From the NCBI GenBank assembly GCA_963749495.1, contig CAVVMW010000010.1, positions 224,001-288,000 on the forward strand: a stretch of 64,000 nucleotides of DNA, written 5' to 3'. The first letter of the stretch is position 1. Every line of letters starts with the position of its first letter. Origin of the DNA: an uncultured bacterium (GTDB lineage: Bacteria; Verrucomicrobiota; Verrucomicrobiia; Limisphaerales; UBA8199). Of this stretch, positions 1-9,846 are shown in pieces. The notes beneath the pieces are model-generated. The model was given only the letters and a program-made list of their open reading frames with translations. It had not been told where the DNA came from and did not search any database. Made by a program: the position numbers and the translations under genes.

Positions 1-1
1 C

Positions 2-169
2 GTGGCCATCTCGTGGCCCGCTGCCGCAACCGGCTATACTCTGCAAACTACGGCCAACCTCTCGCCGGCCAGTTGGACCAAGGCCGGTGACCCCACCGTG
101 CAGGGCGCTATGAATGTGTTCACCACGACGATCAGCGGACCCGCGCGGTTCTATCGGCTCAGCCAATGA
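2..169 (+). CDS. C-terminal end of a secreted or surface protein (partial, runs off the window)
   Basis: Frame 2 reads VAISWPAAATGYTLQTTANLSPASW...GPARFYRLSQ*. The ISWP...LQ...W...RFYRL tail is typical of verrucomicrobial extracellular proteins. Confidence 0.6.
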   Translation: MAISWPAAATGYTLQTTANLSPASWTKAGDPTVQGAMNVFTTTISGPARFYRLSQ

Positions 170-209
170 ACGGGCGACTGTCTCGCGGCCCAACGGGCCG
201 CTAAGGCGC

Positions 210-397
210 ATATTTCACGGTTTCGCCAGCCGGAAGGCGTAGCGCAGATTTCCAATCTGCTGTATCGCAGGTTTCCAACCTGCGGGCGCCTCGCCCACAT
301 GTGACACCCTGCCGACTGGAAGTCGGCGATACAGCAGGTTGGAAACCTGCGCTACGCAGCATCGGAAGCCTGACGCGGCATTCAAACTATGAAATAT
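210..397. repeat. REP-like nested inverted repeat
   Basis: GCGTAGCGCAGATTTCCAATCTGCTGTATCGC (from 237) pairs with GCGATACAGCAGGTTGGAAACCTGCGCTACGC (to 357). Outer arms are ATATTTCACGGTTT and AAACTATGAAATAT. Confidence 0.8.
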
Positions 398-474
398 CCG
401 GGCTAGAACTTAGCCCGGGGCCTCGGCCTGGCGGCCTCAGCCCTGCTCCACCCGTTTTTGGATGACTTTGGTAT

Positions 475-552
475 CTTTGTCGCAGCCTTTGTCGCAGCCT
501 TTGTCGAGCTCAGCCGGATTTCGACAAAGGTTTCGACAAAGGCTGCGACAAA
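475..552. repeat. Palindromic array of a 12-bp CCTTTGTCGCAG-type unit
   Basis: Three CTTTGTCG units are followed by three inverted CGACAAA(G) units. The same family recurs at 63934-64000. Confidence 0.8.
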
Positions 553-701
553 AGGTCCTGAAAGTGACTCAAAGCCCGGTGCAGTTGGCCTCAGCCCTGG
601 GCTGGACTCTGCCGGCGCTTCGGGCCGGAGATTCAAAGCGAGCAGAAAGGCTGGTCCATGCCTCTGTGGCGTGCGAGAGCAAGCACGCGTCAATCACCAT
701 T

Positions 702-1625
702 GTGAAATTACTTTTGCACACGTGCTTAGTCGCACTGGCTTTGGTCCTCGGTTTCACGGCAAGGGCCGGGGACAGCGGTGTGAAATCACCCTCGCGTGCG
801 GTAGCCTTGTCCCAGTTGTGGGAGGACACGGAATTGACGAAGGGTCTGCCGCACAGCTTCCGGATTTATCAACGGTTTCCGCTGGGCAACGGGCTGACCG
901 AGCAACTGCGCCTCTATCTGGTCCACCCTCGAAAGTGGAAGGCATCCGACCGCCGCCCGGCTGTGGTCTTCATTCACGGCGGCGGCTGGGGCGGAGGGGA
1001 CCCGGACCAATGGTTTCCGCAATGCCGCTATTTCGCCTTGCGCGGCGCCGTCGGGGCAAGCGTGCAGTATCGTTTGACAGGAGCGACCAACAACATCGGT
1101 GCCTGCGTGGCCGACTGCCAGGCCGCCATCGCCTATCTGCGCCGCCACGCCGCGGAACTGGGGGTTGATCCCAAGCGAATCGCCGTGGTCGGCGAATCGG
1201 CCGGAGGACATCTGGCGGCGGCGTTGGGCACGGTGTCAGCCGAGGCGGGGCTGAGCGAAAGCGTGCCGGATGCGTTGGTTTTGTTGAATCCCATCACCGA
1301 CCTGACAACGCGCTGGGGAGAGCGGTTGGGCAGCTCAGCGCAAGAGATGTCGCCGTTGCACCACATTTCAAAGCGCACTCCCCCAACCCTTCTGATTCAC
1401 GGCGACGCCGATTCGGTTGTTGATATCCGCCATGCCCGGGCGTTCCATCGGCGCATGCTCGAATTGGGAAACCAAAGCCGCCTTGTCGAGGTCCCAGGGG
1501 CCGGCCACGCCTTTGCCGTTTTCGGCTTTGGCCCCGCCCCGGGCAATATCCTCGCCATTGTCGAAATCAACCGCTACCTGCGCGCTCTGGGCTATCTCAC
1601 GGGTCCCCCAATCCCTCTTAAGTGA
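702..1625 (+). CDS. Secreted alpha/beta hydrolase (HSL/BD-FAE-like esterase)
   Basis: HGGGW oxyanion motif, GESAGG nucleophile elbow, HGDADSVV and GAGHAF. Signal peptide follows GTG702. Confidence 0.85.
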   Translation: MKLLLHTCLVALALVLGFTARAGDSGVKSPSRAVALSQLWEDTELTKGLPHSFRIYQRFPLGNGLTEQLRLYLVHPRKWKASDRRPAVVFIHGGGWGGGDPDQWFPQCRYFALRGAVGASVQYRLTGATNNIGACVADCQAAIAYLRRHAAELGVDPKRIAVVGESAGGHLAAALGTVSAEAGLSESVPDALVLLNPITDLTTRWGERLGSSAQEMSPLHHISKRTPPTLLIHGDADSVVDIRHARAFHRRMLELGNQSRLVEVPGAGHAFAVFGFGPAPGNILAIVEINRYLRALGYLTGPPIPLK

Positions 1626-1756
1626 AGAGGCATCATTCGTTCCACGGTGGTGCACCGGAGCTCACCCGAATATTGCTGGTATTGACCGGTGATGCATTCC
1701 AGCCCCTGTTCATGGGGCTGCCCGAAACTTTCATGAACGTGGCACAAAACGGGGTT

Positions 1757-1807
1757 TCTGGCCCTCGGATCAGAAGATTGCAGGTTCAAGTCCTGCCGGA
1801 CGCGCCA
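1757..1807 (+). pseudogene. 3' fragment of a tRNA-Arg-like gene (probable att remnant)
   Basis: TCTGGCCCTCGGATCAGAAGATTGCAGGTTCAAGTCCTGCCGGACGCGCCA gives a degenerate anticodon arm, a T-arm GCAGG-TTCAAGT-CCTGC and an acceptor strand ending CCA. No D-arm or 5' half upstream. Confidence 0.7.
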
Positions 1808-2303
1808 CTCCTGCAAGCACTTACGCAGATCGGCCCAACACTGACTGCGCCCCGCAGGATCAAACGTAGTATCCCCCCAGAAAATGGAAAGGGCTGAAAC
1901 GCGCTCCGCCTCGTCGGTGCCCAGGCCGCACCTTCCGACTCGACGCCTGGGCACGAGGCCGCGTTCTGCGAGCGATCCCCCCTGGTAAGGCCCCTCGCCG
2001 CTAAGGAATCGGAAGGACGTTGGGTGGCGGTGCCTTCCACCCTCGGCGGCGATCAAAACGCGTCACGGGGCAAACGGCGCGTTCTGGCGGGCGATTTTGA
2101 AGGTTCCCTCAAGCGACTTGCGCTTCACTGTGGCCAGGGTCCCGCGAGCCGCACGCCGACGGAAAACCGGGTTCGTCCCCTTGGATCGCCAAGGAGCTAG
2201 GCAGGGGGCACTGGCGGACGGCGGCCAACGTGATACGCCTGATCCAATCGGCCCGGAAATAATGCCCCGCCGATGCGAAATACTCCTTTTATCATCCCTG
2301 ACC

Positions 2304-4528
2304 CAGGGCGGCTGGCAAGGACCCGGGGGGCGCTCTAATGGGCAATGACTTAGGAAGAATTGGCTGGCGTCGGTCCTCTGACTGTGCTGGACTGGGGCCA
2401 TGTCTATTCATTTGGCCGACTGTTTCAAAGGGGGGCTCCCTCCGAGCCCAGGCTGCTCAGCGCAATCACTCTGCGGTTGATCGACGAATCAGATCGAGAT
2501 CGCTTCGATGAGTTGCTGGCGACCAAGCATTATCTAAAGAACCCCACGGTAGTGGGGCAGGTGCTGCGGTATGTGGCCGAGTATCAGGGCCAGTGGGTGG
2601 CGCTCCTGGTGTTTGGTTCGCCCGCCTTGCACCTCAAGCCACGGGATCGCTGGCTCAAATGGTCCCCGCGCCAAGTCAAGGAACGGCGGCACTTGATTGC
2701 ACAGAACGCCCGGTTTTTGGTGCTGCCCAGCAGCGGTCGGTGGCCGAATTTGGCCTCTCGGGTCTTGAAACTGGTCTGTGAGCGCCTAGCCCGGGATTGG
2801 CAGGAGCACTTTGGTCATCCGGTGCTGGGGATGGAGACCTTCGTGGATCCACAACGTTTCAAGGGCACTTGCTACAAAGCGGCGGGTTGGCAACAACTGG
2901 GGCCGACCCAGGGCTATGAGCGAAACTGGCAGGACTTCTACACCGACACGCAACACCCCAAGGAACTGTGGGTGCGCCCCTTAAGCCCGCGGAACTTGGA
3001 GCAACTGCAAGCCCCAGAGTTGCCGCCCGCCCTGCTCAATCCGGCCGGCCCCCTGCCGCCCCCTTGTCCGGTGGCCACCGGACGATTGCATTCGCTCTGG
3101 GAGTGCTTCCGGTTGCACATGACCGAACCGCGCAAGCCCAAGGGGGTGCGGCATCTGTTGGCCACGCTTCTGACGCTGGTCGCCTTGGCCATGGCGGCGG
3201 GCTGCCAAGGGCCGCACGCCATCGCCGAATTTGCCCAGAGCCTCAACCACGGACAGCGCCGCCATTTGCGCTGCCGCCGCCGTCCCGGCGCGCACGCTCA
3301 GTTCGACGTACCCAGTGAGCGTACCTTCCGGCGCTTGTTAGAAAAGGTGAATGCCGATCGAGCTCAAGGCGGTGTTGGTGGACTGGATGCGCCAGGAGGA
3401 TCCCACCCCGCTCAAGACGGTGCATTTCGATGGCAAAGTCGTCAAGAACGCTCGACCGGCCCCCGCCCGCCCCAAGGCGGACAACGCCCAGGAGTTGCCG
3501 GCGCCTGAGCCTTGCGAGATTCCCATCGAGCAGCAAAAGCCCAAGGCCGACAAGGCCCTGACGCTGGTCAACTTCATGACCTCCGACCAACGCCTGGTCG
3601 ATCAAATCGCCGTGCCGCGGGACACCAACGAAGAGGCCGCCGTCGCCGCCCATCTGCCCCAGATGGATTTGGCTGGAGTGCGAGTCACGGCCGATGCCGC
3701 CCATACCATCAAAGCCAATTGCCGCCAACTGACCTTCAACAACGGAGCCGACTACTTGCTCTTCTTAAAAGGCAACCAGCCTCTGGCCCGGGCCAAAGCC
3801 GAGCAACTGCTGCCCGGCGCCCTTCCCCCCTCAACTCAGTGTGGTGGACAAGGGCCACGGTCGGATTGAAACCCGGCGCGTGTGGTCTTGCCTGGTTGAC
3901 CCTCCGACTCTCGGTCTGGCCGGGGCCGCTCAACTGCTGCGCATCGAGCGCGACGTCCAGTTCGTGCGGCGGGGCCAGGTGGTTAAAGAGACTCACGACG
4001 TGGCGTTCCCCTTCACCAACCTCTGGCCGGAGGAGGCCTCGATCGACGAGTTGCAGCAGTTGGCCCGCGATCACTGGAGCATCGAAAATGGCCAGCATCA
4101 CCGCCGCGACCGCACTCAAGACGAAGACCGCTGCACAGTGCGTGAAACCAACACCGCTCGCAACCTCTCGCTGTTTCGCACCTTGGCCATATTCCTGTGC
4201 CAAACTCACCGCCCGCACCGGGGCGGCAAGCTCTCTGAGCGGGATTTTGAGCGCCGGGTTTGCCGCCGTCCCTGGGGCTTAATCCGCCGCTTCATGACCG
4301 GCTCAAGCACAGACGCAGACTAAGAAGCAACGCCTCAACCAGAACCGCAGGCTGCTTGCGCCAAAGCGGCCATCCTCCGGCTTTGCCGTGATGGCCCCAC
4401 CGACCTCGAAAACCAGCCCAGCAACGCGCTTTTTCTCAGTGAGCGCGCCGTTCGTGGAGGCTGGCGGGTTCAAAATACCCACCCGTGCCGATGCCAAAAC
4501 GTGCCGCCGGACTTTGTCAATAGCCCTG
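2304..4528 (+). mobile_element. ISAs1-family insertion sequence, 2225 bp, both ends present
   Basis: Imperfect terminal inverted repeats CAGGGCGGCTGGCAAGG and CTTTGTCAATAGCCCTG. Exact 10-bp target duplication ATCCCTGACC at 2294-2303 and 4529-4538. Confidence 0.9.
2360..4323 (+). CDS. ISAs1 transposase with N-terminal DUF4338 (DruA-like) domain, split over three frames
   Basis: N-terminal NARFLVLP...ETFVDPQRFKGTCYKAAGW. Transposase motifs HFDGK, VTADAAHT, LKGNQ, KGHGRIETR, HWSIEN, RDRTQDED. Frame changes near 3355 and 3830. Confidence 0.8.
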
Positions 4529-4597
4529 ATCCCTGACCCCTTCTCCCTGCAATTCTCATTGACTGTTTCCCTGGTTTCTGCTATACGAGTGTGAGCT

Positions 4598-4882
4598 ATG
4601 GTCGCTCGCGTCCTAATGGTGCTGCTGATGCTGCTCTTGGTCGGGTGCGGCAAGTCATCGCCAGCTTCGGGTTCCACGGGCGCAGCGGATTCGGCACAAA
4701 TTGACCCTGTGCTCGAGCAGTTGACGCAAGCGGTGAGGAAGTATGCGGTGGAACAGCATCGTGCGCCCACAACCTTGGATGAGCTGGTGGCCAAGGGTTA
4801 TCTGGCTGCAATTCCCAGCGCGCCTGCCAGGAAGAAGTTCGCGATCAACAAGAATCTCCAGGTTTGCCTGGCGAACCAATAG
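4598..4882 (+). CDS. Small lipoprotein
   Basis: Lipobox LLLVGC and a PTTLDELVAKGYL motif like pseudopilin-associated small proteins. Lies 9 bp upstream of the prepilin gene. Confidence 0.65.
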   Translation: MVARVLMVLLMLLLVGCGKSSPASGSTGAADSAQIDPVLEQLTQAVRKYAVEQHRAPTTLDELVAKGYLAAIPSAPARKKFAINKNLQVCLANQ

Positions 4883-4891
4883 GAGGGGAGT

Positions 4892-5860
4892 ATGATGGTA
4901 TTTCACGCGAAATGGTGGTCCGCACATCCGAGGCAGACACCCTGCCCCCGCGCCGCGGCACTAGCCGTGTCAGGGCCGAAGCGGGGTTGGCGCCACGCGT
5001 TTACGTTGATCGAACTGCTGGTGGTAATTGCGATCATTGCCATTTTGGCCAGTCTGCTGCTGCCGGCCTTGGCCAGCGCCAAGGCCCGGGCACAGCGGCT
5101 GCAGTGTGCTTGTCAAATGAAGCAGCTGGGAACAGGGTTCGCAGTGTTCGCCTTGGATCACCTCAATCAGTATCCGCCGACCGCCTGGGCGAGCGGGGAC
5201 TACCAGTACCAACTGTCGTGGGACGATTACATCCACCGCTATATCGGGGGGACGGCGCCGGATGCGGATCTGATCGTGGGCATCTCGGGAGGTATTGCCG
5301 ACAAGGCCACCATTCCCAAAATCCTGAAATGTCCCGCCGACCGCATCGAGATCACGATTGTTTGGGCCGTATTCGGCCAGCGCAGAACCTACGCTATGAA
5401 CTACGCCGGCCCGGGTTTCACCCTCACCTCGGCGTCGGCGGCCCTGCCTCCGCCGGATTACGGTGTCGGGGTCTATTACGACTTCTATAACACAGCCCCC
5501 GGATCGCTTCCGGATTGGGACGCGCGGGGGTATAAGGACAGCGTGGCTCAGGATCCCTCAGGGACCATTTTCCTGGTTGAACAACCTGAAGGCGGGAACA
5601 TTTGCGGCAACGACTGGCCGTCCTTCTGCATGGGACCTACTGGCCCGGCCGAAGCAGGTGCCTACCCGGAACAAACGCCTTATCAGGTCGTCACCGGGGA
5701 GAAACAGCAGTGGGGCGCCACAACCTATGGGCTCCATGGGCAGCGTTTCAACTACCTTTTCCACGATGGCCATGTGGGGATCTATCGGATGAAGAATACC
5801 GTCGGGACCGGGACGTTGAACGCTCCCAAAGGGATGTGGACGATGAAGGTCGGGGATTGA
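4892..5860 (+). CDS. Prepilin-type N-terminal cleavage/methylation protein with H-X9-DG motif (DUF1559-like)
   Basis: [25 protein letters not shown] at the N-terminus, CPAD, and [14 protein letters not shown] near the C-terminus. Confidence 0.9.
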   Translation: MMVFHAKWWSAHPRQTPCPRAAALAVSGPKRGWRHAFTLIELLVVIAIIAILASLLLPALASAKARAQRLQCACQMKQLGTGFAVFALDHLNQYPPTAWASGDYQYQLSWDDYIHRYIGGTAPDADLIVGISGGIADKATIPKILKCPADRIEITIVWAVFGQRRTYAMNYAGPGFTLTSASAALPPPDYGVGVYYDFYNTAPGSLPDWDARGYKDSVAQDPSGTIFLVEQPEGGNICGNDWPSFCMGPTGPAEAGAYPEQTPYQVVTGEKQQWGATTYGLHGQRFNYLFHDGHVGIYRMKNTVGTGTLNAPKGMWTMKVGD

Positions 5861-5929
5861 CCCGGCCACACTCAGGTCTAACGCCGAGGCCACCGAAGAT
5901 CGGTAGTCCCCACGATCCAGGTGAACTTA

Positions 5930-6090
5930 GGAGGCCATTCACAATAACATGAACACTCTCGCTTGGTCTTTTGACCGCTGGCTTCGTTGCTCGCTCGTTA
6001 CAGACCGCTTCGGGTATGCTCCTCGCTCGCGCCTCGCCAGCGGTCAAAATCCCGGCGCGATAGTTGTCCATGTTATTGTGAATAGCCTCC
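5930..6090. mobile_element. 161-bp MITE with TTA target duplication
   Basis: Inverted repeats GGAGGCCATTCACAATAACATGAACA and TGTCCATGTTATTGTGAATAGCCTCC, with TTA on both sides. Internal hairpin TTTTGACCGCTGGC...GCCAGCGGTCAAAA. Confidence 0.8.
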
Positions 6091-6252
6091 TTAGAGCGCG
6101 TTTTAAAATTCAGTTCTCCGGGGAGTTGGACCTTCCTTGACCAACCCCCTGCACGAGGTTCTTATCCAACGCGGGCCTAGGTTGGCGTGGTGGCTCCCTC
6201 CAAAGGCACCCGGCGCACCTTCTTCTGGCCCGCCCGCTTCTGGCCCACCTAT

Positions 6253-6404
6253 TCTGAGGCTATTTCCCGAGGGCTCGGCACAGCGCAAGTACTTGGTGAA
6301 CAGAGATTTATCGGAAATCAATAATTTTTGTTGACGTTTTTCGATAATATGTTATCGTTTAACGATGACTAAAACAATCATGAAAACAAAAAGCCGATTG
6401 CCGA
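6253..6404 (+). promoter_or_regulatory. Promoter/operator block, copy 1 (three TTATCG-N5-CGATAA-like palindromes)
   Basis: TTATCGGAAATCAATAA (6308), TTGACGTTTTTCGATAA (6331), TTATCGTTTAACGATGA (6352). Near-identical to 7234-7386, including the first codons MKTKSRLP. Confidence 0.7.
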
Positions 6405-7216
6405 TCACCCACGCAGCGTCAATAACCGGCGGGGCGGCAAAAGAGCAATTTCTTATCAGTTCGCTGTTGGTCCTGGCGGTCACAGTGCTTCTGGCTGCCC
6501 GATTCGCCGTCGCCGCCGATGCCAAGCTGCCGTCCGCCCAGGAAGTTTTCGCCGCTCATGTCAAAGCCATTGGCGGCAAGGCGGCCGTGCTGAAGGTCCC
6601 TGGCATGCGGGCGAAAGGCCAGTTCAGCCTCGCCGCCGCGAACATGAACGGGGAGATCGAGATTATGGGCGCCAAGCCGAACAAGCAGGTGTTCCACAGC
6701 ACCATCCCGGGCGTCGGCGTCGTGGCCGGCGGGTTCGATGGCAGGGTGGGTTGGTCAATCGACCCCTCGCAAGGCCCGCTGGTCCTCAAGGCCCGGATGC
6801 TCGACCAGGCCCATGACAACGCACAGTTTTGCAGCCAGTTTCAACTCCATGACGGCGATCTCACCAGCGCCGAGACCGTGGCGAAGACCACGTTTGCCGG
6901 CCAGAATTGCTACCAGGTGAAGGTCGTGTGGAAGTCCGGGCGGGAGGAGACCTTGTTCTTCAACACCAAGACCGGCCTGTGTGCGGGCGGCCGCCGGATG
7001 CAGGAGACCCAGCAGGACTCGAGCGAAATCATGAACGAGCTTTCCGATTACAAGAAATGCGGCGACCTCCTCCAGCCCACCAAAATCCTGCAGAAAGTGA
7101 ATGACATGGAGATTGTCATCACCATCACGGAGGCCAGGTTTGAGGCGGTGCCGGACAAGGAGTTCGCGCTGCCCGAGGCGATCCAGAAACTCGTGAACGG
7201 CGCGCCGGCGAAGTAG
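6380..7216 (+). CDS. Secreted LolA-like / DUF620-like protein
   Basis: Signal region, then AQEVFAAHVKAIGGK, GFDGRVGW, LFFNTKTGL, SDYKKCGDLLQP and FALP. Confidence 0.7.
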   Translation: MKTKSRLPITHAASITGGAAKEQFLISSLLVLAVTVLLAARFAVAADAKLPSAQEVFAAHVKAIGGKAAVLKVPGMRAKGQFSLAAANMNGEIEIMGAKPNKQVFHSTIPGVGVVAGGFDGRVGWSIDPSQGPLVLKARMLDQAHDNAQFCSQFQLHDGDLTSAETVAKTTFAGQNCYQVKVVWKSGREETLFFNTKTGLCAGGRRMQETQQDSSEIMNELSDYKKCGDLLQPTKILQKVNDMEIVITITEARFEAVPDKEFALPEAIQKLVNGAPAK

Positions 7217-7233
7217 CCCGCGGGCTCAGGGGC

Positions 7234-7386
7234 TCTGAGGCTATTTCCCGAGGGCCCGGCACAGCGCAAGTACTTGGTGAACAGAGATTTATCGAAAGTC
7301 AATAATTTTTTGTTGCCGCTTTTCGATAATATGTTATCGTTTAACGATGAATCGAACAATCATGAAAACAAAAAGCCGATTGCCGA
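7234..7386 (+). promoter_or_regulatory. Promoter/operator block, copy 2
   Basis: Direct repeat of 6253-6404, upstream of the DUF2975-HTH pair. Confidence 0.7.
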
Positions 7387-8073
7387 AATTCTTTCACAGA
7401 CTATTTGGTTTACTCTGAGATCCTCGCCCCGACCCTGGGGGCGATACTCTGTTTCATGATACTGGTGCTTCCGAGTGTCTCGAACCGTGCTGAATTGGGA
7501 TTGGAGTTGGGTGAGGTTGGATTGATGCCGGAATCAGGCGCTCTCACAGTGACCGCTGCCGATTCCAAAGCCGGGACAGTCAGCATCAATAATCTGCACG
7601 GGAGCGTTTCGGTCAAGAATCCGGGCGAGGGCGCCCTCGCCTTGACTCGATGGCACACCCTGCCTTTTGTCCTCGGCTACCTGGGTTTCGTCACTGTGCT
7701 CTTCGATTTGTTCCGGCGTTTGTTCCGGAACGTTGAACGGGGCGAGATCTTCACTGAACGAAGTCTTCATTTGGTCCATGTGATTGGAATAGCCATTGTT
7801 GTTTTTACCCTTTTATCCGCGGCGACAACAACGTGGCACAATCACGCAATCAGAACCTACTTGGAGCAGCATGCCGATGCTCAAGGAATCGAAATTCAAG
7901 GAATCAAAATGGCCTTTACCAGTCCGTATGCCAATGTTATCGCCATTGACTCCAGGCACTACGGATTTGACTTTAGCTGGGGGGGAATTCTGACCGGGCT
8001 GCTGGTCCTGTCCCTGGGCGAAGTCTTCCGCCAAGGTTTGGCGCTGAAAGAGGACAACGAACTTACGATCTAA
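7362..8073 (+). CDS. DUF2975 family membrane protein (frameshift near 7410)
   Basis: Hydrophobic helices, LFRNVERGEIFT and C-terminal LGEVFRQGLALKEDNELTI. The frame from ATG7362 stops at about 7416, and the body is in the +1 frame. Confidence 0.8.
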
Positions 8074-8086
8074 CCCGCCACAGCTT

Positions 8087-8326
8087 ATGCCGATACGATT
8101 GAATTTAGACCGGGTGATGTTCGAGCGGCGGATCAGTCTGACCGAGCTGGCCGACCGGATCGGGATCACCCTGGCAAACCTCTCGATTCTCAAGACCAAC
8201 AAGGCGCGGGCGGTGCGTTTCAGCACGCTGGGGGCGCTCTGCCGCGAGTTAAAGTGCCAGCCTGGCGATTTGCTGGAATACGTGGATGCGGGCGAAGATC
8301 AATCAACCGTTCACGAAGTCGCTTAA
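8087..8326 (+). CDS. XRE/Cro-C1 HTH regulator (YozG-like)
   Basis: LTELADRIGITLANLSILKTNKARAVRFSTL...CQPGDLLEY. This is the usual partner of DUF2975. Confidence 0.92.
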   Translation: MPIRLNLDRVMFERRISLTELADRIGITLANLSILKTNKARAVRFSTLGALCRELKCQPGDLLEYVDAGEDQSTVHEVA

Positions 8327-8924
8327 AAACGGGCCAGCCGGTTTTTCGACGATCACTAATTGATCCCGGCGATACCGCCCGACGCGCCATCGGCTGTCGG
8401 GTTGATCCCGACGAAGTTGTCTTTGTGTTCGAGCCTTCGGCGTATGGTGCTCAAATCCCCGCCGATGCCCAAGTGCATGTCCTTCACGCAGGGCCTGCCA
8501 CCTCGTCCTCTATGCGGACCTCGATTTTACCGAACTGGTATCGGCCCTCAGTGTGTCAAACAAAAACCATGCCCGCAAAAATCCCCCGGTTTTACCGGCG
8601 CTGTTTCGCCTTGTTGCACGTCGTGTTGCGGGTCCGACCTCAAAAATCCCGCGGTTCCACGGGCCTTGTAGCACTGTAGCAGGTCCATGCCCCCCGCGCC
8701 GCAGACCACCCGGTCAGGAGAACGGCTTGGGCAGAATCCGGCGCTTGCGTTGGGCGAGCACCCTCTGGTATGTTGCCACACGATGTTGACGCCCGGTGGC
8801 AACCGTGCGGTGCTGGGCGGTGCATTCCGCTGCAGGGTCTGCACAGCCTTTCTGCAGGACAACAAGCAGCACAACGTCAATGGCAACCGGCACGAATCTG
8901 CACAAGTGCTTGGTAATCAGTGTA

Positions 8925-8963
8925 GCCGATGTGGCGGAATTGGCAGACGCGCTAGACTCAAAA
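8925..8963 (+). pseudogene. 5' half of tRNA-Leu(CAA), broken at the anticodon loop (att junction)
   Basis: GCCGATGTGGCGGAATTGGCAGACGCGCTAGACTCAAAA gives the acceptor 5' strand, D-arm and anticodon loop. No variable arm, T-arm or CCA follows. Confidence 0.85.
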
Positions 8964-9084
8964 TTCTACTTTTGCGGTTTTCCGAAGGTTTCCAAAGGCT
9001 AACGCGACCCCATCGATCATCCCGTATTTACCGGCCTTCTCCCGATTTCCCTTTCTCGCTGAACGACTTCATCGGCGGCTCGAA

Positions 9085-9116
9085 TACTGTCGCAATTACT
9101 GTCGCAATTACTGTCG
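9085..9116. repeat. 12-bp tandem repeat TACTGTCGCAAT x2.7 (possible integrase arm-type sites)
   Basis: Read directly, about 120 bp inside the att junction. Confidence 0.65.
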
Positions 9117-9330
9117 TGGCCCTGGAGATCGCTTCCGAACCGGCGAGCATCCCGCAAACCACCGAGCCGGGCTGCTGCCGGACGCCACCCAGGGCAAGCC
9201 CGGACGCCGTTCGCTGCCTTTCGCTTCTTGATCAACGACAAACGCCCATTGCCGCGCCAAGAGCGTCAACATGCGCTTGACGGCTCGACGCCGTTCTCAA
9301 CGCGAGCGTTGAGGCCGGTAGATAAAGCGT

Positions 9331-9846
9331 ATGGACAACGACAAGAACAGGACGCCCGCCAATACCTCGATCCCGATTCGGTCTTGCCCGTTCTGCGGGT
9401 CCGAGGCCCAGCTCGTCAGTGTCCACGACCGATATGGCGTCCAGTGCGCGTGCGGCGCTGGCGTCAAGCCCGCCCACGGGACCTTGGTTGAGGCTCTCAT
9501 TCGCTGGAACAGGCGCGGCGGCGGCGTGTCGGCTGCCGGGGGCCGCGCAACAAAGGGCATTTCGACGCCGAGAAAGCGCCGGGCCTGTCGGAGGAACCTG
9601 GCGCTAGCCAGGGAGGCGAAGGTGCGCATCAAGCTCAGGGCCGAGGCCGAGGACGCGATTGCCCAGCTCCGGCCACTCCGCGAAGCCGAACAGCTCCGGT
9701 TGGAGGAGCTGGCGGCAGGCTCCCGCGCCCAACTTGCCGCTCTCCTGCCCCAGATCGAAGCCCATCCGGTGTTGCGCGGGACGGTGGAGCTGCTGGAGCC
9801 TGGTCAGCCAGCCGAGGGCGTAGGCCCCGAGGTACACGGCGCTTGA
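9331..9846 (+). CDS. Lar-family (restriction alleviation) zinc-finger protein with basic and helical C-terminus
   Basis: SCPFCGSEA...VQCACGA...EALIRWNRR matches the Lar pattern CPFCG...C..C...AI..WN.R. Confidence 0.65.
   Translation: MDNDKNRTPANTSIPIRSCPFCGSEAQLVSVHDRYGVQCACGAGVKPAHGTLVEALIRWNRRGGGVSAAGGRATKGISTPRKRRACRRNLALAREAKVRIKLRAEAEDAIAQLRPLREAEQLRLEELAAGSRAQLAALLPQIEAHPVLRGTVELLEPGQPAEGVGPEVHGA

Noticed and set aside
475..552. Possible CRISPR array (also 9085-9116, 19796-19857, 63934-64000)
   Set aside because: Units are 8-12 bp, contiguous or inverted, with no unique spacers, and there are no cas genes.
462..701. N-terminal 80 aa of the esterase ORF
   Set aside because: It translates a palindromic repeat. 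The signal peptide begins at GTG702.
1757..1807. Functional tRNA gene
   Set aside because: Lacks the 5' acceptor strand and D-arm, and the anticodon loop is irregular.
2360..3000. Druantia defence system
   Set aside because: The DruA-like domain lies inside the IS ends as part of the transposase, and no DruE-like helicase or other dru genes are present.
8964..9330. Group I intron in the tRNA-Leu anticodon loop
   Set aside because: No tRNA 3' half follows and I could not identify group I core elements. An att junction explains it better.
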